From an uncultured Actinomycetes bacterium (GTDB taxonomy: Bacteria; Actinomycetota; Thermoleophilia; Gaiellales; Gaiellaceae), in contig CAVTFU010000004.1 of the NCBI GenBank assembly GCA_963734045.1, positions 2,428 to 66,427 on the forward strand: a DNA stretch of 64,000 nt, written 5' to 3'. Under the pieces are notes generated by a model. It did no database searches, was not told where the DNA came from, and saw only the letters and a list, made by a program, of their open reading frames with translations. Positions 56,031 to 64,000 of the stretch are shown piece by piece (position 1 is the first letter of the stretch; each line of letters opens with the position of its first letter). A program made the translations under genes and the position numbers.

Positions 56031-56492
56031 GTGGCCAGCAACCCGACCATGCCGCCCGGCGGCTCTTCGCGCCTCGACGAGCGAATGCGGCGCGTCGTCG
56101 CGACCCGCCGCATCTTCCCGTTCCTCGCGCTCGTCACCATCGGCGTCGCGTTCCTCGCTGCGTTCGTCGCGACCCTCGTCGACGAGAAGGACTTCCCGAC
56201 GTTCGGTGACGCACTCTGGTGGTCGGTTGTCACCGTCGCGACGGTCGGTTACGGGGACATCGTCCCGACGACGACCGAGGGCCGCCTCGTCGGCGCCGCC
56301 CTGATCATCTTCGGCGTCACGTTCCTCTCCTTCCTGGCGGCGACGGTGATCTCGCTGTTCGTCGCGCAGGACCAGCACGAGCAGGCGATGGTGGAGAGGC
56401 ATCTCCGTGAAGCGAGCGACGAGCGGACGCACGCGCTTCTACGCCAGATCGACGAGCGCCTCGACGCGATCGAGCGCAGGCTCGGCAGCTAG
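56031..56492 (+). CDS. 2-TM potassium channel family protein
   Basis: DALWWSVVTVATVGYGD selectivity filter. Confidence 0.92.
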   Translation: MASNPTMPPGGSSRLDERMRRVVATRRIFPFLALVTIGVAFLAAFVATLVDEKDFPTFGDALWWSVVTVATVGYGDIVPTTTEGRLVGAALIIFGVTFLSFLAATVISLFVAQDQHEQAMVERHLREASDERTHALLRQIDERLDAIERRLGS

Positions 56493-56513
56493 TCGCGGGT
56501 CGGCCAGGGACTA

Positions 56514-56747
56514 CTACGCGCCGGTCGACAGGCCCGGCGGACCGTTGCCGCCCAGCCGCTCGGCGATGTCCGACGCGTCGTCGGTGGGAGGCAGCGAGCG
56601 GAAGAACTCGACGGCGTCGGCCCTCCCCGAGTCTCTCCAGCCATACGTCAGCGTGTCCCGGAGTTGGGACTGCAGAAGCTCGTGCCGCTCCGGGTCCGAC
56701 TCAGCGACCAGCTCGGATGGCTGGGCTTTCTTCCTGAATGGCCACAT
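56514..56747 (-). CDS. Small hypothetical protein
   Basis: MWPFRKK-type start, 77 aa. Confidence 0.45.
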   Translation of the reverse strand: MWPFRKKAQPSELVAESDPERHELLQSQLRDTLTYGWRDSGRADAVEFFRSLPPTDDASDIAERLGGNGPPGLSTGA

Positions 56748-56946
56748 CCCGACGATTTCGACGTCCAGCGGCTCCTCCCTTGCGCGCGACGAGCCTCTCA
56801 CGTGCCGACATCGTGGATGGCCCATGCCGCGTCGGAGCCCGTTCGACCCGCCTCGGCGACGTGGGGCTGTACCCCGAGGTCGTCACCAGCCCCGGAGGCC
56901 CTGACCAAGGCCTCGCGAGGAACAACTATCGTCCAGCTCTCGAGCG

Positions 56947-57600
56947 ATGTGCGACCTCCATGAGCAAGGTCTCGAGCCTCTCGAGCACGACGAGTGGGCT
57001 CTCGACACGCCGCTGATCCGCGGCTTCATCGGCAGCGTGCGGGCCGCTGTCGGGCGTTGCGGGACCGCAGCCGAGGCCTGCCGGCTCGTCGAGCCTGGCT
57101 TCAGGGAGCTTCTGGCCAGGCCGGAGTGGCTGCCGAGGCGGTTCCAGGAGGATGCGCCGGAGAGCGGGATGGGGGGCGGGATCGGCCAATGGCTTCTCTT
57201 CCGGGCGGCCGAGCGCGATCTCTGCCTCTTCAGTCTCGTCGTGCCGCCCGGATCGATGACCCCGGTGCACGACCACCTCGCCTGGGGGCTCGTCGGCCTC
57301 TACAGGGGCAGCCAGGACGAGGAGCTCTACGAGCCCGGCCAGGGTCGTCTCCGACTCGTCCGCCAGCGCCCGCTGCGGCCGGGCGACTACTACGCACTGC
57401 TTCCTCCGCGCGACGACGTGCACCGCGTTCGCACAACCTCCGACGTGACCTCCGTGTCGATCCACCTGCTGGCGAACGACACCGGCTGTGTGCTTCGGCA
57501 CACGTTCGACGAGGACACCGGCGAGGCCAGGCCCTTCCGCTCGGGCTACGTCAACGCCGAGTGTTCCGACGCCGCTGCGACCGGGCCGGCCGAATCATGA
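56947..57600 (+). CDS. Cysteine dioxygenase-like (thiol dioxygenase) cupin
   Basis: TPVHDHLAWGLVG, DVHRV, SIHLL. Confidence 0.8.
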   Translation: MCDLHEQGLEPLEHDEWALDTPLIRGFIGSVRAAVGRCGTAAEACRLVEPGFRELLARPEWLPRRFQEDAPESGMGGGIGQWLLFRAAERDLCLFSLVVPPGSMTPVHDHLAWGLVGLYRGSQDEELYEPGQGRLRLVRQRPLRPGDYYALLPPRDDVHRVRTTSDVTSVSIHLLANDTGCVLRHTFDEDTGEARPFRSGYVNAECSDAAATGPAES

Positions 57601-57881
57601 GCGGGCACGGCACTCCGACGGTGCTGATCGACAACCGATCCGTGCGTGTGACCCGCTGGCGGTTCGCCCCCGGGGCGGCGACGGGCTGGCACAGGCACGA
57701 GCACGACTACGTCATCGTCCCTCTGACCGACGGCACGCTCAGGCTCGTCGAGCCCGAAGGAGAGAGGGAATCCGATCTGACGACGGGAGTGCCCTACTTC
57801 CGCGAAGCCGGCGTGGAGCACGATGTCGTCAACGTCAACGACCACGAGTTTGCGTTCATCGAGATCGAGGTGAAGCGTTGA
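57597..57881 (+). CDS. Small cupin (BauB-like)
   Basis: VTRWRFAPGAATGWHRHEHDYVIVP...GVEHDVVN. Confidence 0.85.
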   Translation: MSGHGTPTVLIDNRSVRVTRWRFAPGAATGWHRHEHDYVIVPLTDGTLRLVEPEGERESDLTTGVPYFREAGVEHDVVNVNDHEFAFIEIEVKR

Positions 57882-57962
57882 GGTGTCGAAGCGGAAGATC
57901 CTGAACCGACGCTTCACCGGCATCGCGGCCTCGGGCCCGGTGTCTCGGACTAGGCTCGGTGC

Positions 57963-58457
57963 ATGGACGAGCGGTGGACCGTCATTGCCGTCGAGACGTT
58001 GGCGTTGGCGGGCTCACTGTTGTCTCGACTGGAAGAGATCAGAGGGACGGGCCAGCGTGGCCTCAGCGTCGACCGCGATCGGTCCGAGTTCGCGGTGGTG
58101 CTGGACGAGTACCCGCGACGGCCCGAGGACGCGAAGAAGGTGCTCGACGTCGTCGCCGCCTGGCTCGACGAGATCGGCCATCCAGAGGTCACCGTCGAGT
58201 TTCGTTGGCCGGTTCGACGATCTCCCGCGGGAACCAGCCGAGCGAGTCGAACGGTCATCTACTGGAAGCGCGAGGTCATCTCGGCCGACCCGTCCGATGA
58301 GGGGAGACTCCAGGACGCCGGGCCGGCCTGGCTCCAGATCCACGACGAACACGGCAATGTCACGTCAGAGCCGGTGGCCGACGGCGACTGGATCACGCGG
58401 AACGAGACGATCGGGCACTCCTTGAGAATGGGCTACACGCTGAGCCTCGACGACTGA
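57963..58457 (+). CDS. Hypothetical protein
   Basis: 164 aa ORF with plausible composition, no recognised motif. Confidence 0.4.
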   Translation: MDERWTVIAVETLALAGSLLSRLEEIRGTGQRGLSVDRDRSEFAVVLDEYPRRPEDAKKVLDVVAAWLDEIGHPEVTVEFRWPVRRSPAGTSRASRTVIYWKREVISADPSDEGRLQDAGPAWLQIHDEHGNVTSEPVADGDWITRNETIGHSLRMGYTLSLDD

Positions 58458-58477
58458 GCGGCCAGGAGCGCGATACC

Positions 58478-58813
58478 GTGCGATCCGTGGCCGTCTCGAC
58501 TGACGAGGCCCGAACACTCGCTCTATCGCTCCCGGAAGCCGTTGAGATGGATCACCACGGGCGTCCGTCGTTTCGCGTGGGGGGCAAGATCTTCGCGACG
58601 CTCTGGAACGAGCAGCGGATGAACGTGATGCTCGACGAGGGCGGTATCAGGACGGCGGTCGAACGCCTACCCGATGCGTGCGAGGAGGTCTGGTGGGGGA
58701 AGCGCCTGACCGCCGTCGGGGTGACGCTCCCGCTCATCGACCCCGAGTCTCTGTCGGAGCTACTTGCCGATGCGTGGGAGGGCAAGGCTTCAAGGCGACT
58801 TCTCGAGGGGTGA
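58478..58813 (+). CDS. MmcQ/YjbR family protein
   Basis: LALSLPEAVE...PSFRVGGKIFATL...ELLADAW. Confidence 0.88.
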   Translation: MRSVAVSTDEARTLALSLPEAVEMDHHGRPSFRVGGKIFATLWNEQRMNVMLDEGGIRTAVERLPDACEEVWWGKRLTAVGVTLPLIDPESLSELLADAWEGKASRRLLEG

Positions 58814-58961
58814 AACGGGGTGACAGCCGTCCTCTACTTCGGGAACGGCTGGGACTGTCAGAGACGATCGGAGTCCTACGCCGCGGTCGTTTCCAGAATC
58901 CGCGCCGTGCCCTCTCCGTCTCCGCGGAGCGTTCGTTTCAGGCGGCGAGGTCCCGTGGGGC

Positions 58962-59093
58962 CTAGCGCCTGCGGCGACTCTTCGCTTCTTCGCGCGCGGA
59001 CTCGCGCGCGTCGCCGATGACGACCAGGAGCGCGAGCACGAAGGCGATGGTCGCGATTGTGAACCAGCCGGCCATGCCCTTTGGCTTCCACAT
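58962..59093 (-). CDS. Putative 43-aa single-TM small protein
   Basis: MWKPKGMAGWFTIATIAFVLALLVVIGDARESAREEAKSRRRR*. Confidence 0.35.
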   Translation of the reverse strand: MWKPKGMAGWFTIATIAFVLALLVVIGDARESAREEAKSRRRR

Positions 59094-59188
59094 CACATCG
59101 TCCCTAAACCCTGGCTTTGACTTCCATCCGGGCGCCCCGCATGACGTTCGCAAGACGCGCAGCCCGACGCAGGTGGCGCGAGGCGCCG

Positions 59189-59695
59189 TTACCCGGAATA
59201 CCCCTCGGTCACCTCGCCCTTGTGCGCGGCAAATGCAGCCAGGACTTCGTCCTTCTCCGGCTCGGGCACGTTGAAGACGTCGAGCGTTCGCCCAAGCTCG
59301 GCCGCGACCTCGTCGAACTCGGCCGGAGAGATCTTCAGCTCGCGGTGTGCTTCTTCCAGGCCGAGTGTGGTGCTGCCGGGTTTCGTGGCCGCATATCGCT
59401 GAGGGCCGCCGGCAACCTCGCAGACCCACAGGGTGCGCATGAACTTGAGGCCCGGAAGTCGTTCCAGGCTCTTGGTATGCCAGTCCCGGAGAGCGGGGTT
59501 CTCCGATGTCTGGCCGACGATCGGGTTTCTGACGATCGCTTCGCTGAAGCGGTCGACGACGGCTGCGATCGCGAATGCGCCACCGAGCCTTTCGTACAGA
59601 CTCGACTCCGTCACCGTTCCCTCCTTCTTGGGAGTTTCCCTGAGAGGCGTACCAAAGCCCCGTCCAGGGTGGTCGCTTTCATTAGTGACGGACAT
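59189..59695 (-). CDS. Group I truncated (2/2) hemoglobin
   Basis: SLYERLGG...AVVDRF...GGPQRY...EAHRELKISPAEFDEV; true start possibly GTG near 59614. Confidence 0.88.
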   Translation of the reverse strand: MSVTNESDHPGRGFGTPLRETPKKEGTVTESSLYERLGGAFAIAAVVDRFSEAIVRNPIVGQTSENPALRDWHTKSLERLPGLKFMRTLWVCEVAGGPQRYAATKPGSTTLGLEEAHRELKISPAEFDEVAAELGRTLDVFNVPEPEKDEVLAAFAAHKGEVTEGYSG

Positions 59696-59779
59696 CGCGT
59701 CGGGTCTTACGTCGACGCAGGTACAAGCTTGCCGATGCCGTACCTCCGCTCGGAGGTACTCGAAGCGAGGTTTGGCTTC

Positions 59780-59794
59780 TAGACGACCGGTCTA
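59780..59794. promoter_or_regulatory. Palindromic putative TetR operator
   Basis: TAGAC-GACCG-GTCTA, 11 nt upstream of the TetR start in a divergent intergenic region. Confidence 0.55.
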
Positions 59795-59805
59795 ATACCG
59801 GCCAT

Positions 59806-60489
59806 GTGACGCCGATCGATGGATCCGCCGGCGAGCGTCTGCTGCTTGCAGCCAGCAAGCTCATGCACGAGCGAGGCTACGAGGCGACCGGGGTCGCGGA
59901 GGTGTGCGAGGCAGCGGGCGCGCCGAAAGGCAGCTTCTACCACTGGTGGCCGTCGAAGCAGGCGCTGGCGCTCGCGATGCTCGAGCGGCAATGGGAGTCG
60001 GTGCGTGAGCGCGTGTTCGAGCCCGCCTTCGGGCCGGGGGGAACGCTCGGCGAGCAGTTCGCTCGCTACACGAGCCTTCTCGTCGCCGGCGTCCGGCGCG
60101 AGGTCGAGGAGACCGGGAGCGTCAACGGCTGTCCGTTCGGCAACTTCGCCGTGGAGCTGGCGACCCGCGATCACGTGATCGGCAAGTGTGCCGACGAGAT
60201 CCTGTCGGAGATTCGAGGCGTGTTCGCGAGCGCGATCGCGGGGGCCAAGGACGTGGGCGAGCTTCCCGCGGATCTCGACGCGACCGATGTCGCCGAAGCA
60301 ATCCTCGCGCACCTCGAGGGGCTGTTCGTGCTCGCCAAGGCGCGCAACGAGCCGGCCGTGTTCGAACGGCTGCCCCGTGACGTCCGACGCCTGGCGGGCC
60401 TGTCGCCGGCGGCCCGACCCGGGCCGTTCGGCGAGGAAGGAGAAGCGCATGAGCGACGACAACACACCCAGGGTGCTGCTCCGCACTGA
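59806..60489 (+). CDS. TetR/AcrR family regulator (NemR-like)
   Basis: GYEATGVAEVCEAAGAPKGSFYHWWPSK; GCPFGNFAVEL. Confidence 0.92.
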   Translation: MTPIDGSAGERLLLAASKLMHERGYEATGVAEVCEAAGAPKGSFYHWWPSKQALALAMLERQWESVRERVFEPAFGPGGTLGEQFARYTSLLVAGVRREVEETGSVNGCPFGNFAVELATRDHVIGKCADEILSEIRGVFASAIAGAKDVGELPADLDATDVAEAILAHLEGLFVLAKARNEPAVFERLPRDVRRLAGLSPAARPGPFGEEGEAHERRQHTQGAAPH

Positions 60490-60847
60490 GGAGAGCGACG
60501 GCCACCTCGCCGTCGTCGAGCTCACCGGTCGAGGGCGGCCACCACTCCACCGGCACGACTTCGACGAGACCTTCTACATCCTGGAAGGCGAGCTCACCTT
60601 CCAGCTCGGCGAGGAGCGCCTCACCCGCCGTGCCGGCGAGCTCGTCTTCGCGCCCCGCGGCGTCCCTCACACCTACGCAAACCTGAGCGGAGCACCCGCT
60701 CGCGTGCTGATGGTCATCACGCCGGCGGGGTTCGAGCGCTACTTCGCCCGCATCGCAGCCGAGCACGCGGGCGTCGAGCCGCCCGACTGGGCGCGGCAGG
60801 AGATCCCGCCGACGAGCCGAGTCGGTCCACCCATCGAGGACGAATGA
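60449..60847 (+). CDS. Cupin domain protein
   Basis: PPLHRHDFDETFYILEGE...PRGVPHTY...TPAGFERYF. Confidence 0.88.
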   Translation: MSDDNTPRVLLRTEESDGHLAVVELTGRGRPPLHRHDFDETFYILEGELTFQLGEERLTRRAGELVFAPRGVPHTYANLSGAPARVLMVITPAGFERYFARIAAEHAGVEPPDWARQEIPPTSRVGPPIEDE

Positions 60848-61350
60848 CACTCGCCGTCCGACAGGCAGACCAGGCGCGGCTGCGACTAGCGCCGGCGATC
60901 CGGAAGGCGCTGCTGACCATCCACATCGTGGTCGCGGTGGGGCTGCTCGGCGACTCGGCGGGCTTCCTCGCGATCGCGATCCGGGCTGCCGTCACCGACG
61001 ATCCCGAGCTCGCCGCCTCCTCGTACGAATTGCTCCGGATGTTCAGCTACGTCTTCGGAATCCCGCTCAGCTTCGCGACGCTCGCCACGGGCGTCAGCCT
61101 CGGGCTCACCTCGGGCTGGGGCATCCTGCGCTACCCCTGGACGATGGGGAAGCTGCTCCTGATCGTCTCCGTCATCCTCGTCGGCGCGCTCGTCATCGAC
61201 GGCGCGCTCGAGCAGTTGCGGGACGGCGGCGACGCTCACGGCGCGCTGATTGCAGCAGCCACCTGGGATGTCGTCGCGCTCACCACCGCGACAGTCCTGG
61301 CGGTCTACAAGCCCGGCCGCCGCAGGCACCGAGGCCTGATTCGAGCATGA
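60844..61350 (+). CDS. DUF2269-like 4-TM membrane protein
   Basis: RKALLTIHIVVAVG...WGILRYPWTMGKL...LAVYKPG. Confidence 0.75.
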   Translation: MTLAVRQADQARLRLAPAIRKALLTIHIVVAVGLLGDSAGFLAIAIRAAVTDDPELAASSYELLRMFSYVFGIPLSFATLATGVSLGLTSGWGILRYPWTMGKLLLIVSVILVGALVIDGALEQLRDGGDAHGALIAAATWDVVALTTATVLAVYKPGRRRHRGLIRA

Positions 61351-61504
61351 CGATGAGTTCTCGTCCGCAGAGCGGTCCACACAGAGACGGGACAGCGCGG
61401 CCGATTCCAGCAGCCACAAGCCGACCCGAACCGTAGACGACGCCGATGTCACCCACGTGCGCCTTGCGCCGTCGCATGACAGGAGCGACTGAAAGGAGCC
61501 GCAG

Positions 61505-62077
61505 ATGCCAGAACTCATGATCGATTTCATCACCTCGCTCGAGGGGTATGGGGCCGCTGAAGGGTGGCCCGGCTTCTGGGGCCTGGAAGGGCCTGAGTAC
61601 CTCGCCTGGTTGGGGGACCAGCCGGAGGCGGACTACACGGTCCTGATGGGCGCAAACACCTATCGGCTGATGTCCGGGCTGGCCGCCCACGGCGAGCCGG
61701 GAACGGATGCCCTGGCGGGCCTGTCGAAGATCGTCTTCTCGAGCACCTTGACGGAGCCGCTGTCGTGGCCGAACACCCGACTGATCGGTCAGGACCCCAT
61801 CGAGGTCGTGCGCGAGATGAAGGACGAAGGCGTCGAGTCGATGCGCACGATGGGCAGCCTCACGCTGTGCCGATCCCTCCTCGAGGCCGGTCTCGTCGAC
61901 CGGTTTCGCGTGGTCGTCTTCCCCGTCATCACCGGAAGCACGGGCCGGGACCGAATCTACGACGGCTACCCCGACGTCTCCCTCGACATGGTGAGCAGCC
62001 GCGTCTTCGACGGTCGGCTACAGCTGCTCGAGTACATCCCCACGGTTCTGGCCGGGCCACCGGGTGCCGGATCATGA
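61505..62077 (+). CDS. Dihydrofolate reductase/RibD C-terminal family protein
   Basis: ITSLEGY, LMGANTY, KIVFSSTL, GLVDRFRVVVFPVITG. Confidence 0.88.
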   Translation: MPELMIDFITSLEGYGAAEGWPGFWGLEGPEYLAWLGDQPEADYTVLMGANTYRLMSGLAAHGEPGTDALAGLSKIVFSSTLTEPLSWPNTRLIGQDPIEVVREMKDEGVESMRTMGSLTLCRSLLEAGLVDRFRVVVFPVITGSTGRDRIYDGYPDVSLDMVSSRVFDGRLQLLEYIPTVLAGPPGAGS

Positions 62078-62799
62078 CTCTCGCTCGTCCTCCTGTCGTC
62101 GGCCAGACCGAGTGGGACGCCGCTCTGACGGCCATGACCGAGCGCGAACGAGCCGTCGCCGCAGCGATGCACGAGCTCGCCGCCGCCCGGAAGCGCATGC
62201 CGATGGTTCGGGTTGAGCGCGACTACCGTTTCGAGGGCCCTGACGGGCCGCGGTCGCTGCCCGAGCTGTTCGACGGCCGCAGCCAGCTCATCCTCTACCG
62301 GTTCTTCTTCGAGGAGGGCGTCGACGGCTGGCCCGACGCCGGGTGCGTCGGCTGCTCGTCCGTCGCCGACGGGATCCCCGACCTCGGCCTCCTGCATGCT
62401 CGCGACATCACCTTCGCGATGGCCTCGCCGGCTCCTCAGGCGAACCTACGCCGCTACGCGGAGCGCATGGGGTGGACGGACGTGCCCTGGTACACGATCC
62501 GCACCGAGCGCTTCTCGGCCGACTTCGGGGTCGACGAGTGGTTCGGATTCAACGTCTTCCTGCGCGACGGCGACGACGTCTACCGCACCTACTTCCTCCA
62601 GGTCGGGGCAATGGTCCAGTGGATCGGAAGCCTCTGGAGCATGTGGTCGCTCACGCCCTACGGCGCACAGTCCGACGACGAGGACTTGCCCGAGGGGTGG
62701 CCGCGGGCCCCAGACTCGTTCTGGTTCCGCCGTCACGACGAGTTCGACGATCCGCCGCCGTCAGCCGTCAACGACGCCGACGCGTCCGATCGACGCTAG
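62074..62799 (+). CDS. DUF899 thioredoxin-like protein
   Basis: LFDGRSQLILYRF, GCVGCS, RMGW, VYRTY, LTPYG. Confidence 0.88.
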   Translation: MTLARPPVVGQTEWDAALTAMTERERAVAAAMHELAAARKRMPMVRVERDYRFEGPDGPRSLPELFDGRSQLILYRFFFEEGVDGWPDAGCVGCSSVADGIPDLGLLHARDITFAMASPAPQANLRRYAERMGWTDVPWYTIRTERFSADFGVDEWFGFNVFLRDGDDVYRTYFLQVGAMVQWIGSLWSMWSLTPYGAQSDDEDLPEGWPRAPDSFWFRRHDEFDDPPPSAVNDADASDRR

Positions 62800-62818
62800 T
62801 CGCGAAAGGAGCTGCACC

Positions 62819-63423
62819 ATGACCAAGTTGGTCGCATTCATGTCGATGTCTCTCGACGGGTACGTCGCCGACGCGAGCGACGGGGTCGCCGAGGTTTTCG
62901 ATGGTACTTCTCGGGCGACGTCGAGGTCCCCACACCGAGATCGGACCTCTCGTCGAGCATGACGTTCCACGTCTCGCCGCCGAGCGCCGACCACCTGCGG
63001 GGCTTGATGTCCGAGACCGGCGCTTTTCTCATCGGTCGGCGCACGTTCGAGGTCGCCGACGGCTACGGCGGCCAGCACTCATGGGATGTGCCCACCGTGG
63101 TCGTCACCCACCACGTGCCCGACGGCTGGCCACGGCCGGGCTCGACAGTCCAGTTCGTCACCGACGGGATCGAAAGCGCCGTCGCTCGAGCGAAATCGGC
63201 CGCCGGCCCGAAGTCCGTGCTCGTGCACGGCGCTCAAACGATCCAGGAGTGCCTGGACGCCGGGTTGCTCGACGAGATCCACATCGATCTGGCGGCGGTG
63301 TTGCTCGGCGCAGGAGTGCGGCTGTTCGACCACCTCGCGGACACACCGGCCGTCCTCGGGGATCCCACTGTCGTCACCGGTGTGGGTGTCACCCATCTGC
63401 GCTATCCCGTGCACACGTCGTAG
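62819..63423 (+). CDS. Dihydrofolate reductase/RibD C-terminal family protein, frameshift near 62900
   Basis: MSMSLDGYVA, IGRRTF, GLLDEIHIDLAAVLLGAGVRLF, THLRY. Confidence 0.88.
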
Positions 63424-63604
63424 GACGCGCGCCCCGTTGCGACGGCGTGGGCGCCGTGACCTTCATGCCCGGTTGCTCGGTGGGCCCGACAGAAGACGAG
63501 GTCGCCCGACACGCCGCGACTGCCCCCGAGGCCCAATCCATGCAGGACTCGGTCGGGTTGGGCGTCGTCAGAGCGCGAACGGTCTCGCGAGTAGCGTCTC
63601 CGCC

Positions 63605-64000
63605 GTGAGCGGGGTGAGCCGAATCCGGAGAGTCGGCGATCGGGTGCTCGCGCGCCTGGCGCGGATCGGCGCGGATCCGCAGGACGACGACGACACGCGC
63701 GCCGGCAAGGCGCTCCTCGTGCTGATCTCGGTGCTGATCCTGCCGGTGGCCTTGCTCTGGGCGGTGCTCTATCTCGCGTTCGGGTCTCCGGTGGGCTGGG
63801 TGCCGCTCGTGTACTTCGCGATCCTGCTGGCGTCGGTCGTCGTCTTCTCCCGGACACGGGACTTCGGCCGCTTCCTGCGTACAGGCCAACTCGCCATCCT
63901 GTTCGCTCCGACGCTGTCGATGATTCCGCTGGGAGGCTTCCTCGAGGCCGGCGGGGTCGGCCTCTGGGGGATCCTCGCGCCGCTCGGGGCGCTCGTCTTC
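63605..64000 (+). CDS. N-terminal membrane region of a probable adenylate/guanylate cyclase-type protein, partial
   Basis: RIGADPQDDDDTRAGKALLV followed by TM helices and LGGFLEAGGVGLWGILAPLGALVF; catalytic domain is not in the window. Confidence 0.55.
   Translation, partial: MSGVSRIRRVGDRVLARLARIGADPQDDDDTRAGKALLVLISVLILPVALLWAVLYLAFGSPVGWVPLVYFAILLASVVVFSRTRDFGRFLRTGQLAILFAPTLSMIPLGGFLEAGGVGLWGILAPLGALVF

Overview
Very GC-rich bacterial chromosome segment. Gene content (type-E succinate dehydrogenase, Alu-containing SRP RNA, ECF42-type sigma factor) suggests a deep-branching actinomycete such as Thermoleophilia/Gaiellales; this is inference. Many genes carry scattered 1-nt indels that look like long-read consensus errors, so several coordinates are approximate. 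Layout: (1) 1-10.7 kb core metabolism (pckA, sdhA-sdhB-CCG anchor). (2) 10.7-19.3 kb a lasso-peptide cluster on the minus strand: two cyclase-like genes, B1/RRE, B2 protease, HPr-like kinase, nucleotidyltransferase, ABC exporter, LuxR regulator, and a precursor missed by the ORF track (leader YEQPRIEDYGTLAELTA, core GKEGDDADFLGLQDERNGGGYS). (3) 19.4-42.5 kb a directly adjoining Wzx/Wzy polysaccharide locus with a DltA-like adenylation enzyme, an ACP::hexapeptide-acyltransferase fusion and two paralogous secreted beta-helix proteins. (4) 42.5-51 kb asd, recR, a DNA ligase/lipid kinase/PAP2 block, ybaB, dnaX and the SRP RNA. (5) 51-64 kb accessory stress and regulatory genes. A three-copy double-hairpin intergenic repeat, a small in-place inversion and duplication scars were also found.
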